A DNA stretch of 64,000 nt, from IMG/VR virus record IMGVR_UViG_3300047472_000449; one strand, written 5' to 3'. Below, in pieces: positions 45,514-54,260 of this stretch (position 1 is the first letter of the stretch; the number at the start of each line of letters is the position of its first letter). A model generated the notes under the pieces. The model was not told where the DNA came from and did no database searches. It saw only the letters and a list, made by a program, of their open reading frames with translations. A program made the position numbers and the translations under genes. The DNA is from a virus.

Positions 45514-45684
45514 TTACACGCAGCCGCCGTGACCAGTTGGCACCGTGGTGTCCACAGGTTTGACCACAGTCCAGCCTTTCGGGCAGCCAGTGCGCGGGCC
45601 GGTGTAGACGATTTCGCAGCCGAACGGGTGGGTTTTGCAATTGCGGTTGGCGCGAATCACGTATTGAGGCTGGGAGCGGCCCAT
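45514..45684 (-). CDS. 56-aa protein (not in ORF track)
   Basis: MGRSQPQYVIRANRNCKTHPFGC...; AAGGA RBS; after promoter 45723-45762. Confidence 0.6.
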   Translation of the reverse strand: MGRSQPQYVIRANRNCKTHPFGCEIVYTGPRTGCPKGWTVVKPVDTTVPTGHGGCV

Positions 45685-45722
45685 TGTGGAGTCCTTGAAT
45701 TCAGTTCAAATCAGAAGGTTTA

Positions 45723-45772
45723 ATGATAGCGATACCTGCCACAAATGTCAATGCAAATGACACTTGTGGCAG
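45723..45772 (-). promoter_or_regulatory. sigma70 promoter with extended palindromic operator
   Basis: CTGCCACAAATGTCAAT-GCA-AATGACACTTGTGGCAG; -10 TATCAT. Confidence 0.85.
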
Positions 45773-45782
45773 ATGATTGGCG

Positions 45783-46487
45783 CTACCAGATTCGCCGGTA
45801 AGGGTGGCCCTCAGGGATGTGCTTTTCCACTTCGCTGACCTTGAATTCAGGGTGCTGGCGCTCAAACCATTGCTCGATATCGGCCTTGAGGGTGCCGGTC
45901 GTGAAGTGCAGGAACGGCTCCACGCTGCGACCTTTGCTGTCGAACACCACCAGATCCAGGCGATTCCACAGATCGCACAGGGCGTTCATCCGATAATTGC
46001 GGGTGAGTTTAACGTATTGCCCTTCGCCTTCCTGAGCGCTCTTTCGCTTGATCAGCGCCAGCGCAGCGTCAAGCCCAGTCACCAGCTCGGCTTTTTGCAG
46101 CACACCGTTCTTTTGAAAGGTCACGGCGTATCGCGACAATTGCTCTTCCAGCGACTCGAAAAACAGGCTGCTGAGTTCGTGGGCCTTGTCGGCGTCATGG
46201 CTTTTGGAGAAGTGATGGATCACTATTTCCCGAGGCGACGGGTAGGTCTCAGGGTTTTCATCATAACGATCCCCGAAGGTCACCCGATCTTCATGCATGA
46301 AAACCGCATCGTTTGGAAAACAATCAACGTAGGCCCACGCAGCATGAGTGATCTCGCCTTTCTCATTGCAAAAATGATGGTTGAAAAAAGCCTCCATCAT
46401 TTCGATCAGCAGCGGGACGGGGTATGGATAGCCGGGAATGGTCGCCGGAGTGGTAAAAAAGGCGTGGTGTCGGTTCAGATTCCGCAT
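45783..46487 (-). CDS. family F, N+C domain fusion
   Basis: PSPREIV...SLEEQLSRYAVT + LCDLWNRL...EPFLHF...WFERQHPEFKV. Confidence 0.9.
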   Translation of the reverse strand: MRNLNRHHAFFTTPATIPGYPYPVPLLIEMMEAFFNHHFCNEKGEITHAAWAYVDCFPNDAVFMHEDRVTFGDRYDENPETYPSPREIVIHHFSKSHDADKAHELSSLFFESLEEQLSRYAVTFQKNGVLQKAELVTGLDAALALIKRKSAQEGEGQYVKLTRNYRMNALCDLWNRLDLVVFDSKGRSVEPFLHFTTGTLKADIEQWFERQHPEFKVSEVEKHIPEGHPYRRIW

Positions 46488-46516
46488 GAGGCACCCGAGT
46501 GCTGAAATGATGTCTC

Positions 46517-46555
46517 ATGATAACAAAACATGCAGAAATGTCAATACATATGACA
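46517..46555 (-). promoter_or_regulatory. sigma70 promoter with palindromic -35 operator
   Basis: TGTCAAT-ACA-TATGACA. Confidence 0.7.
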
Positions 46556-46641
46556 ATAGTCCAAAATGTTTTTCTTATTGACTATTCTGCGGTATTCGCT
46601 ATAATATCCTTATTCTTTTTCATCAAAGGCTCATTACATTC

Positions 46642-46944
46642 ATGAACACGCCAAGCCAGGAATTTATTGCTCAAATGCAGCAGATCACCAGCGGGCCTGG
46701 ATTTAAAAGCCCAGCCGCCAAGGAAGAATTCCTTGAAGCGGCCTGCACGCTCTTGCTGAGCAGGTTTAGCGAGGCTGACGTATTGAGTTTCATGCAGCAG
46801 GTGTATGAGGGCTTTATCGAGCGTAAAAAGTCTTTCCCGGCGTTGATTTGCGCCGCTGATTACCTGCGTGACGCTGGCTATGACAACGAAGAGGCGGTGG
46901 ACTTCGTTCAGCAACTTCGTGACATGATCTCTTGGTTGGATTGA
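46642..46944 (+). CDS. helical protein, paralog of 39615..39992
   Basis: see 39615. Confidence 0.8.
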   Translation: MNTPSQEFIAQMQQITSGPGFKSPAAKEEFLEAACTLLLSRFSEADVLSFMQQVYEGFIERKKSFPALICAADYLRDAGYDNEEAVDFVQQLRDMISWLD

Positions 46945-47001
46945 TGTGCAGTAAGCCGTTCTGGCGATCCTGATGTTTGGATTCGCCAGCCGGTTAAGGT
47001 T

Positions 47002-47763
47002 TTATCCCTTCTTTGTTTCTCGCCTCAACTCGTACATTTCTACGAGTTTGCCATTTTTCTCTACTCGAAAATCACCGCGCTCACGCTCGAACCATGCCAA
47101 GACACCTTCAAGGGCTGTGCTAGCTGGGAAGTGCAGAAAATGTGTCTCCAGCCTGCCATCCTCATAGACAGGAACAGCACTCAAGCGCTCCCATAGCTCG
47201 CCCAGCTGATCCAGGCTGTACTCGATGTCTCCCACTCGCTCACAGGTGTGCTGCGCCACAATGAATTGTCTGCTGTTCTCGCGGTGGTCGAAATCCGCTT
47301 TTTTTTCCTCGATCAGCGCCAGCGCGGTATCAACGCCGGTCACTACAAAGACCTGATACAACATGTTGAACCGTGTCACAGTAACCGCATAATCACACGC
47401 ATGATCGACCAGGATCTTAAAGAACAGATTGCTGAGCTTATGTGCTCGCTCAGCCGTCTCTCTTTGCAGGAAGTGCTCAATCACGATCTCCCGAGCGGAC
47501 GGATGCTGCACTGGTTTGTCGGTATAAAAATCATCAATCTCGACACGCAGTTCGTACTTGAAGTCGTCGTACACGGCGAAATTGTTGATGTACGCGCCAA
47601 AGTTGTAGCGATTAACCTGCCCATCCATCACATGCAGACGATTAAAGTGCGCCTCGATCATCTCCACCAGCAAGGGGACTTTTTTGTCATAGTCCTCAAG
47701 GAGAACTTTTGCATACAAAAACTTATGAAGGGTGCTGTAGAAGTCGTGGTGTTTTGTGTTCAT
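47002..47763 (-). CDS. family F, N+C domain fusion
   Basis: PSAREIVIEHF...YAVT + LGELWERL...HFLHF...WFERE. Confidence 0.9.
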   Translation of the reverse strand: MNTKHHDFYSTLHKFLYAKVLLEDYDKKVPLLVEMIEAHFNRLHVMDGQVNRYNFGAYINNFAVYDDFKYELRVEIDDFYTDKPVQHPSAREIVIEHFLQRETAERAHKLSNLFFKILVDHACDYAVTVTRFNMLYQVFVVTGVDTALALIEEKKADFDHRENSRQFIVAQHTCERVGDIEYSLDQLGELWERLSAVPVYEDGRLETHFLHFPASTALEGVLAWFERERGDFRVEKNGKLVEMYELRRETKKG

Positions 47764-47877
47764 GCATGAGCGGCCTGATAAAGTGCATTATCTGACAATA
47801 ATAACAACAAAACCGCGTCACCGACACGGAAATGTCGATGATGCGGTTTGATGGTTTGCAGTCGTTGAGGTGGCGCT

Positions 47878-48252
47878 TTACTTGCGCACAGCCTCGTAGG
47901 CGTCGAGCACGCGATTAACCGTCTCCTTGCCCTCATCTTCACTTATGAACAGGTTCTTCACCTCGTAGAAGGCTTCGCAGGCGCCGCCTGAGCGACTGTC
48001 CCAATCTGGCTCAGTGAAGCTGTGATTGAGGATTTTTTCGACCAAGGCGTCACGGGCAAACTTGGCCTTGAACTCACCCACCATGTTCATCGACAGAATT
48101 TCGAGGGTGAAGTCGTTATCTTCTCGATGAGGAAAGCTGCGACCCAGGGCAACCAGCGCCTGCGTTTCATTGTTGGCAGGCAACTGGTGCTGCGTTTCAC
48201 GGACAGTGCCGTTTTCGAATGTCAGCTTCAGTGAAAACTCGAACAGGGGCAT
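47878..48252 (-). CDS. hypothetical protein
   Basis: AAGGAG RBS. Confidence 0.75.
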   Translation of the reverse strand: MPLFEFSLKLTFENGTVRETQHQLPANNETQALVALGRSFPHREDNDFTLEILSMNMVGEFKAKFARDALVEKILNHSFTEPDWDSRSGGACEAFYEVKNLFISEDEGKETVNRVLDAYEAVRK

Positions 48253-48296
48253 TTCAAACTCCTTGAGCGGACGGGGGCGTTGGCCCCCCTGTCCGG

Positions 48297-48815
48297 TTAT
48301 TTGGCGTAAGCGACCTTGTGGACGATGCCGTTGTAGGTGCATGGCTGATGAGGGCCGCGCACGAAGGCATTGACCTTTTCATCACGCAGAGCTTCAGCGG
48401 CTTTCAGGCCGGTTACGATGATGACTTCATCCGCAGCCTTATCCTTGAACATCATCACGGCGTATTCGCTCAGCTGCTCACGCAACGACACAAAGAATGC
48501 CTGAGCCAGAGCCTCTGCATCATCTGGAGCCGCATACTTGATGCGCTGAAAGTATTCGCTGACGATATCTTCCGGCGAAATTTCCCAGGTTTTGTGATCA
48601 CCGTGGTAGGAGACCAGCTCCACTTCGGTGGCCTGATCGAACTCCAGAGCGCCGTCGAAGTTTTTGGCGTATTGCTCTGTGAAGTACTCTGCATACGCGA
48701 TGGCATGCATGCTTGAGAGGTTCTTGTCCTGAAAATGCCAGCGAACCACGCCCAGCAGGGTAGGCAGTATGGTGTAACCTTCAATCACAGGCTGGGTTTT
48801 GAAGAACGCGTGCAT
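48297..48815 (-). CDS. family F N-domain protein
   Basis: MHAFF...SPEDIV.EYF...SLREQL.EYAV...KVAYAK. Confidence 0.9.
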   Translation of the reverse strand: MHAFFKTQPVIEGYTILPTLLGVVRWHFQDKNLSSMHAIAYAEYFTEQYAKNFDGALEFDQATEVELVSYHGDHKTWEISPEDIVSEYFQRIKYAAPDDAEALAQAFFVSLREQLSEYAVMMFKDKAADEVIIVTGLKAAEALRDEKVNAFVRGPHQPCTYNGIVHKVAYAK

Positions 48816-48846
48816 TGGGCAACCTCTGTTGCAGAGCAGTTAGAAG

Positions 48847-48893
48847 ATCATACCGAAAACCGTACGCCGCTGTCAATGTGAATGACAGCGGCG
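48847..48893 (-). promoter_or_regulatory. sigma70 promoter with extended palindromic operator
   Basis: CGCCGCTGTCAAT-GTG-AATGACAGCGGCG. Confidence 0.85.
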
Positions 48894-48903
48894 ATATGGT
48901 CGA

Positions 48904-49416
48904 TTATTTAGCGTAGGTGACTTTGTTGCAATGGACTTCGTATTTGGCGCCGAAATTTTCAGGCAGCTGCCACTCGACGCTGCTGAATTTCTCAATGCGC
49001 AACTGATTGGCTGCGCTCAGTCCGGTGAGAATGACGATCTCTTTAATGACGTTGTTCCTGATCGTGGTCACCGCGTACTCGCCCAACTGCTCGTAAAGTG
49101 AGGCAAAGAACTTCTGCGCCAGTGCTTTGGCTTCCTCGGGTGCAACGCCCTGCCCCTCGAAATAGTCCGCCACCATGTTTTCTGGCGAAGGCATCCAGCA
49201 CTCGGTGTCCGAGTAGAGCGCTTCAAGCATGACCTTATCGGTCAGGTTGAAGTCTTTCACGTCGTCGAAATGCTCGGTGTAGTCCTGGAAAAAGTGCTCG
49301 GCATGTTGGCGGTCGCAATACGTCTTGTCGAAATACATGCGCGCCACATCGATCAGCATGGGCAGGTTGTCGCAGCCATCGATCTGCGCCTGAGCCTTGG
49401 TGAAGAACTTGTGCAT
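48904..49416 (-). CDS. family F N-domain protein
   Basis: MHKFFTKAQAQIDG...SLYEQL.EYAVT...KVTYAK. Confidence 0.9.
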   Translation of the reverse strand: MHKFFTKAQAQIDGCDNLPMLIDVARMYFDKTYCDRQHAEHFFQDYTEHFDDVKDFNLTDKVMLEALYSDTECWMPSPENMVADYFEGQGVAPEEAKALAQKFFASLYEQLGEYAVTTIRNNVIKEIVILTGLSAANQLRIEKFSSVEWQLPENFGAKYEVHCNKVTYAK

Positions 49417-49446
49417 GCCGAATTACTCTGCCTGAATTGAGTGAAC

Positions 49447-49486
49447 AGTATACCGACCCTTTTCATAATTGTCAATTGTATTGACT
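49447..49486 (-). promoter_or_regulatory. sigma70 promoter with palindromic -35 operator
   Basis: TATACT/17/TTGACA; TGTCAAT-TGT-ATTGACT. Confidence 0.85.
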
Positions 49487-49499
49487 TTAAGGGTTGCGG

Positions 49500-50066
49500 C
49501 TATTTGGCGTAGGTAACCTTTCGGCACTGCCCGTCATAATTCACATGAGAGCGGGCTGTGCCGTGCTTTTCAAACATCATCACCTTTTCATCGCGCAGCT
49601 GCATGGCTGCCTTCAGCCCCCGGACGATGATTACCTCATCGACCATGTTGTTCTTGATCATCGTCACGGCATAATCGCACAACTGTTCTTGCAGCGAGGC
49701 GAAATAATGCGCAGTCAGGGCTGACGCAGCTTCTGCGTCACCGTTTTGACCTTCGCTGTTAGTGTGGTGATGAAGGAAGTGATCATTGACCATTTCCCAA
49801 GGTGAGCCATCGAAGAATCTCGCCTTACCGTGCCAGTAATGGCAATCAAGGATGCGGACTGCTTTTTTGGGATCAAAATCATCGACCGTCGAATCACGCC
49901 CGACCATTTCGGTGAATTCAACAAAAAGGTATTCCGAATAAGGATTCTTGCCGTGTTTTCGCTCGAAATATCCGCGTACGATGCTGATCAGCAGCGGCAA
50001 GTCTGGCTGTCCGTCGATCTGCGCTTTGGCTTCGGTCAAAAACTTGTGCATTTGAGGGTTTTCCAT
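49500..50066 (-). CDS. family F N-domain protein
   Basis: MHKFLTEAKAQIDG...SLQEQL.DYAVT...KVTYAK. Confidence 0.9.
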   Translation of the reverse strand: MENPQMHKFLTEAKAQIDGQPDLPLLISIVRGYFERKHGKNPYSEYLFVEFTEMVGRDSTVDDFDPKKAVRILDCHYWHGKARFFDGSPWEMVNDHFLHHHTNSEGQNGDAEAASALTAHYFASLQEQLCDYAVTMIKNNMVDEVIIVRGLKAAMQLRDEKVMMFEKHGTARSHVNYDGQCRKVTYAK

Positions 50067-50104
50067 AAATTAAGCAAGCAGTCTATCGCGACATGTCACA
50101 TGCA

Positions 50105-50344
50105 TCAATGTGGTTGGCGGATGGGATCTCTGTGAGGCGTCGTTTCCTGGACTGGCTTGCCATTGCCATTGCCTTTGGTGAAGGCTTGAGCATCTTCGGA
50201 GTGGAGATCAAGTGCATCCAGAGGTTTGTGCGCCTCTTCTACCTTCAGTTGGCGCATCAGGTAGATGAAAAATATCATCGCAGCAGAAAAGAACACCAAA
50301 AAAGAGTGGGCGTCCCAATGAATTTCGTCGAGGATCAAAGGCAT
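50105..50344 (-). CDS. small single-TM protein
   Basis: AAGGA RBS; FLVFFSAAMIFFIYLM. Confidence 0.55.
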   Translation of the reverse strand: MPLILDEIHWDAHSFLVFFSAAMIFFIYLMRQLKVEEAHKPLDALDLHSEDAQAFTKGNGNGKPVQETTPHRDPIRQPH

Positions 50345-50415
50345 GAATTCGTCCTTGTGTCTGGCGGGCGAACGGACGCATTGTTTGAAATGCGTCATGT
50401 CTGAATACAGCGACA

Positions 50416-50455
50416 ATTATAGGGCTTCTCGACACATTTGTCAATGCTGTTGTCA
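50416..50455 (-). promoter_or_regulatory. sigma70 promoter with palindromic -35 operator
   Basis: TATAAT/17/TTGACA; TGTCAAT-GCT-GTTGTCA. Confidence 0.75.
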
Positions 50456-50456
50456 C

Positions 50457-50750
50457 TTAATCGGCAGGTTCGTCCTGCTCTTTTGGTGTCAACTGACTGC
50501 CTAGTCTGGCATAAAACGCCTTCAGCGCCGCAGGGTCTGCTTTCAGTTCGTTCATGTAGGTTGTGCGAATGTGATCCTCATCGGCCCGCGTCAACTCTCG
50601 CTGGAAGCCTGTGGCGATGCTTCGCAGATCTGCAATCAAGTCGGTGAGGCTGTAATCCTCGGCCACCATGAGCAGATCTGTCTCGGCTTTATTGGCCTTC
50701 CTGAGCCGGAAAAGCACTTGGCTCAGGTGATAGGGGCGTTCCTGGCTCAC
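50457..50750 (-). CDS. hypothetical protein
   Basis: GTGA overlap with 50747. Confidence 0.7.
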   Translation of the reverse strand: MSQERPYHLSQVLFRLRKANKAETDLLMVAEDYSLTDLIADLRSIATGFQRELTRADEDHIRTTYMNELKADPAALKAFYARLGSQLTPKEQDEPAD

Positions 50751-51043
50751 GGTTCGACCAGGAGGGTGGAGGCTGCCTTGACGTAGCTTTCGGCGCTGTC
50801 GTTGCCAATCGAGAGCTGAAAGCGCACTTGCCCTTCTGCATAGAACTCCGAAGGGTTGTCGGCAGGCGGGGTTTTGGGCGCCACCTCAATCAACCTGTCG
50901 CAGGCCACAAAGCCCGGCACCGACTGGGCGGCAGCGGTCAACAGACGGCTGGCGGCATCGTCGGAGGTATGAAGGGTTTTTACCCAACCCTGGCGGGTGA
51001 CATGACCATCACGGTAGGTCAGCCCCATGGCAAAGCGCTTCAT
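50747..51043 (-). CDS. hypothetical protein
   Basis: GGAGGAGG RBS. Confidence 0.75.
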   Translation of the reverse strand: MKRFAMGLTYRDGHVTRQGWVKTLHTSDDAASRLLTAAAQSVPGFVACDRLIEVAPKTPPADNPSEFYAEGQVRFQLSIGNDSAESYVKAASTLLVEP

Positions 51044-51044
51044 G

Positions 51045-51239
51045 TCAGACCTCCTCCAGAGATTCAACAGGCAGGCCCACGGCTTCGACCAGCTCATTGT
51101 TGGCGCACAGTGCATCGACACGCGTGAGAATCGCTGCACGCAGCTCATCTTGCGTCAGGCTTCCACCTTCAGCGTCTGTCGAGCCGTTGATTTGAAACAT
51201 CAAGCCGAAAACATGGTTGTAGGTCTTGGAGCGGGCCAT
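51045..51239 (-). CDS. small hypothetical protein
   Basis: ORF after promoter 51267-51306. Confidence 0.75.
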   Translation of the reverse strand: MARSKTYNHVFGLMFQINGSTDAEGGSLTQDELRAAILTRVDALCANNELVEAVGLPVESLEEV

Positions 51240-51266
51240 GATGATCTCTCGCAGAAGTGTCCATGA

Positions 51267-51306
51267 ATTATACCCATTCCGCTTCTTAAAGTCAATGATG
51301 CTGACA
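51267..51306 (-). promoter_or_regulatory. sigma70 promoter with palindromic -35 operator
   Basis: TATAAT/17/TTGACT; AGTCAAT-GAT-GCTGACA. Confidence 0.75.
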
Positions 51307-51316
51307 GGTAGGGCGC

Positions 51317-51604
51317 TTATTCCTTGGTCTTGATTCGTTCTTTGAGGGCTGAGAGTGCCCGCTCGAAACGATCTTTTTCTTCCATTTGCGCCAGTCTGAT
51401 GGGGGCATCATGCACACGATTAAGCATTTCGGGTGTTACTCGCCGAGATTCATTCAGCTCCTCAAGCCACTGGTTTGTTTTCTGTAGCGCCTCCAGGATG
51501 CCGAGGTTCGCTTTATTCTTTTCATCCTGTGACAGCTCGCGGTGTTTGAGAGGTTCCTTGTTTTGAACGGGTGTCACATAGGCTAATTTTGGATGTTGGC
51601 TCAT
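51317..51604 (-). CDS. hypothetical protein
   Basis: AAGG RBS, 95 aa. Confidence 0.65.
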   Translation of the reverse strand: MSQHPKLAYVTPVQNKEPLKHRELSQDEKNKANLGILEALQKTNQWLEELNESRRVTPEMLNRVHDAPIRLAQMEEKDRFERALSALKERIKTKE

Positions 51605-51697
51605 ATTTTTACCTTATATTTTTGAGTAATTGTAGCGCCTTGAGCCAAGCTTTTCTTCTAAAACCAAGCTTTTGATTCTGTTGTATTGAATTACAGG

Positions 51698-51726
51698 TTG
51701 ACAAATTACCCTATATGGGTAATATA
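51698..51726 (+). promoter_or_regulatory. promoter with spacer palindrome (putative MqsA-type operator)
   Basis: TTGACA followed by ATTACCC-TATAT-GGGTAAT (51705-51723). Confidence 0.65.
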
Positions 51727-51751
51727 TAGTGACTCACTGAGGATACCTTGT

Positions 51752-51904
51752 ATGCCATTGCCGAAAGCGACACTTGATCTGGTACGCAACAGCAATGCTT
51801 TGCTGCTGGCCGGACGACAGGCTGTGAAGAAGCGATCTGCCGGGCTGTCCCAAGGCAAAATCGGTGAAATGCTGCAACAGGCATTCCTGCGACTTTCAAA
51901 ATAA
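51752..51904 (+). CDS. 50-aa ORF, possible truncated MqsR-like toxin remnant
   Basis: GAGG RBS; sits in the toxin position; weak likeness to the MqsR N-terminus (AG....RSA...G..EM...L.LS). Confidence 0.4.
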   Translation: MPLPKATLDLVRNSNALLLAGRQAVKKRSAGLSQGKIGEMLQQAFLRLSK

Positions 51905-51936
51905 GCCGATGCCTGCCGTCAATCAGTGAGGAATTT

Positions 51937-52341
51937 ATGAGTCAGCACCCTTGTGTATCCTGCGGCCACCCTGTCACAGAGCGATTTGCCAATCGAACCA
52001 TCAGTGTCAGCCATGCGCACGTCAGTCTTGCCGTCGATCATCTGGATGGCCTGGAATGCCCTGTGTGCAGCGAAATCCTTTTTGACCACGATAGCAGCCA
52101 CCTCTACAGCCATGCCTTGAACGCCGTTATTCGTCAGTTCCGTGGCGAGGAACTGCGTCGTATCCGCAAAAAATTGAAGCTGACCCAGCGTGAAGCGGTG
52201 CGTATCTTTACGGGTGGGGGTAATAATTCCATCTCGCGTTACGAACTCGGTCTCACGGCCATGCCGACCTCTTTGTGGGTGTTGATTCAACTGCTGGATC
52301 GTAGGCCAGAACTGTTGCATGACTTGCCGAAAGGGATCTGA
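51937..52341 (+). CDS. MqsA/HigA-type antitoxin (Zn ribbon + XRE HTH)
   Basis: CVSCG...LECPVCSEILFD + ELRRIRKKLKLTQREA..IF.GG.NSISRYELG. Confidence 0.85.
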   Translation: MSQHPCVSCGHPVTERFANRTISVSHAHVSLAVDHLDGLECPVCSEILFDHDSSHLYSHALNAVIRQFRGEELRRIRKKLKLTQREAVRIFTGGGNNSISRYELGLTAMPTSLWVLIQLLDRRPELLHDLPKGI

Positions 52342-52404
52342 TTGGATTTGGGTTGCCCTTTCCTGTTTTGTTGGCAAATAAGGCGAAATTGCGCAGGTCA
52401 CGCA

Positions 52405-52444
52405 CGACAATATCATTGACATTTTCTGATTGTGTCGGTATACT
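52405..52444 (+). promoter_or_regulatory. sigma70 promoter with palindromic -35 operator
   Basis: CGACAAT-ATC-ATTGACA-17-TATACT. Confidence 0.7.
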
Positions 52445-52472
52445 GAACACTCAAAGTCAAGGGATGCACACT

Positions 52473-52718
52473 GTGAGCAATCAACCAGCCTCATCTCCGT
52501 TTACCTTGTATGCTCGCTATGAGCCAACGAATGACTCGGCGACCCTCGCGAGCGGCGTTAAAGGCAAGCGCGACGTGTGTCTCTACAGCGACCAAGCGGC
52601 TACCAAATTCGAAGGGCGTTACCCTTGGTACTACACCGGTAACCCCACCAAACGCAGCAAAACCTGCATGCTCAATTGCTCGCGCTGGGATCTGATCTGG
52701 CTCGATGATTTGAAGTAA
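52473..52718 (+). CDS. hypothetical protein, paralog of 56818..57069
   Basis: TLYARYEPT.D...KRDVCLY.D.AA....GR..W. Confidence 0.85.
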   Translation: MSNQPASSPFTLYARYEPTNDSATLASGVKGKRDVCLYSDQAATKFEGRYPWYYTGNPTKRSKTCMLNCSRWDLIWLDDLK

Positions 52719-52776
52719 GAGGTTCCTCCTCCTCGGCGCTTGTCGAGAATTGAAAATTCAGATTTGGAGTTGAAGA

Positions 52777-53031
52777 ATGGCTGCAAGCACAGAGAAGAAC
52801 TTCCACACTGTTGGTGAGGTGGAATTCGAACTGGTTCGTCGTGCAACACCGTTGCTGCACTGGGTCGTGCGCACGGTCGAAAACGACTACACCTTCGAGG
52901 CCGGTTGCTTCCCGCGCAATAAGTCTCGGCCAGCACTGCTGGCTGAACTGGAGTACGGCTTCGAGCGTGCTCGCACCGTTCAGGAATGGCGCCGTCGCCT
53001 CGCGCTGCCGGAACAAAAGGCTGCTGTCTGA
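52777..53031 (+). CDS. hypothetical protein
   Basis: GGAG RBS. Confidence 0.7.
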   Translation: MAASTEKNFHTVGEVEFELVRRATPLLHWVVRTVENDYTFEAGCFPRNKSRPALLAELEYGFERARTVQEWRRRLALPEQKAAV

Positions 53032-53152
53032 TCTGATCGCCTGGGGTGTTGTAACCTCCAGGCTTTCAAGCCAAGCTTTGGCTTTTTAAAACAAGGCTTC
53101 ACCCTCTCTGTGAGGCAGGCTCTCTTCAATAGCACCGGCAAGGAAGGTCGTC

Positions 53153-53551
53153 ATGTCCACCAAAATTCACTCTGTTCACTACACACAAGCCGATGGCAGC
53201 GCCATGATTGTCTCGGGTTACCTCAATTACGTCACGGGTGTCATCACTCTGCCGTCGAATATCCAGGGTAATCCTGAGCTGGCTCCATTGCTCCAGGGCG
53301 CTCGGGTGGATAACGGTAGCGAAGAGGGCTTGCTGATCAGTGTCACTGAGGTGGGCTTTGTGGCGGACAGTCCAGCTCTGTACGCAGCCAAGCAACTGGT
53401 GCGGGATAACGGCTTCGAAGTGGTCAAAGATACTGAGTCTGATTATTTCATCTGGCGTGCTCGCAACTGGGTCGAGGAATCTGGCTGTTTCGATACTGAT
53501 GATGAGGCATACCTTGACTGCGTGAATGTCAATGGTCTGGCTGACGACTGA
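53153..53551 (+). CDS. hypothetical protein, paralog of 53771..54199
   Basis: PELA..LQGA.VD...GL...E.GFV..S.AL..AKQLV.D.GFEV..D.ES.Y..WRARNWV. Confidence 0.85.
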   Translation: MSTKIHSVHYTQADGSAMIVSGYLNYVTGVITLPSNIQGNPELAPLLQGARVDNGSEEGLLISVTEVGFVADSPALYAAKQLVRDNGFEVVKDTESDYFIWRARNWVEESGCFDTDDEAYLDCVNVNGLADD

Positions 53552-53695
53552 CTTTCCTGCTTTGCTTGGGACAATCAGGAGTCTCAAGTAGAGCAAGCCA
53601 AGCTTTGGTCTTTAAAAGCAAAGCTACACCCTTCGGGTAAGGGGCCAGCGGGTTGTTGGCCTCTCTGCCTCGTTTCTTCCTGGATGCCTCTTTTC

Positions 53696-53735
53696 CGTCA
53701 ACTGTATTGACAATTCCCAATATTCTGGTTAAACT
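53696..53735 (+). promoter_or_regulatory. sigma70 promoter with palindromic -35 operator
   Basis: CGTCAAC-TGT-ATTGACA-17-TAAACT. Confidence 0.75.
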
Positions 53736-53770
53736 ATCCCCTCTTGAACAGCATCTCTAGGCGGGCCGTC

Positions 53771-54199
53771 ATGACCATCGATTTTTTCCTTGTCCACGTC
53801 ACGCTGGCTGATGGTGGTGCGAAAAGCGTCGCGGGCTGCCTGGACTCTGCCACTCGTGTAATTACCTTCAGCCCGAAGGTTGAGGCTGACCCCGAGCTGG
53901 CCTCCTCTCTCCAGGGGGCCTGGGTGGATACCCGCGATGGCGTTGGTCTGCGCGTTCAGATTGCTGAGCGTGGCTTTGTGACTGAAAGCCAAGCTTTGTT
54001 TGATGCCAAACAATTGGTGCAAGACCATGGCTTTGAAGTCCTCTTTGATGAAGAGTCTGGTTATCACTTCTGGCGTGCGCGCAATTGGGTGGCAGATCCT
54101 GACGTGCCGGAAGAGTACTGGGGTTGCCTGAGCGCTGAAGAGGCGTACTTTGTTTGCGTCAAGCAAAATGAGCTGCGCAAAATCAGTGTGGCCGCGTAA
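53771..54199 (+). CDS. hypothetical protein, paralog of 53153..53551
   Basis: see 53153. Confidence 0.85.
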   Translation: MTIDFFLVHVTLADGGAKSVAGCLDSATRVITFSPKVEADPELASSLQGAWVDTRDGVGLRVQIAERGFVTESQALFDAKQLVQDHGFEVLFDEESGYHFWRARNWVADPDVPEEYWGCLSAEEAYFVCVKQNELRKISVAA

Positions 54200-54260
54200 T
54201 TCACATTGACAAATCAGCTGCATTCGGTATAATTGACCGATATTCCAAGGAGTTACCAGC

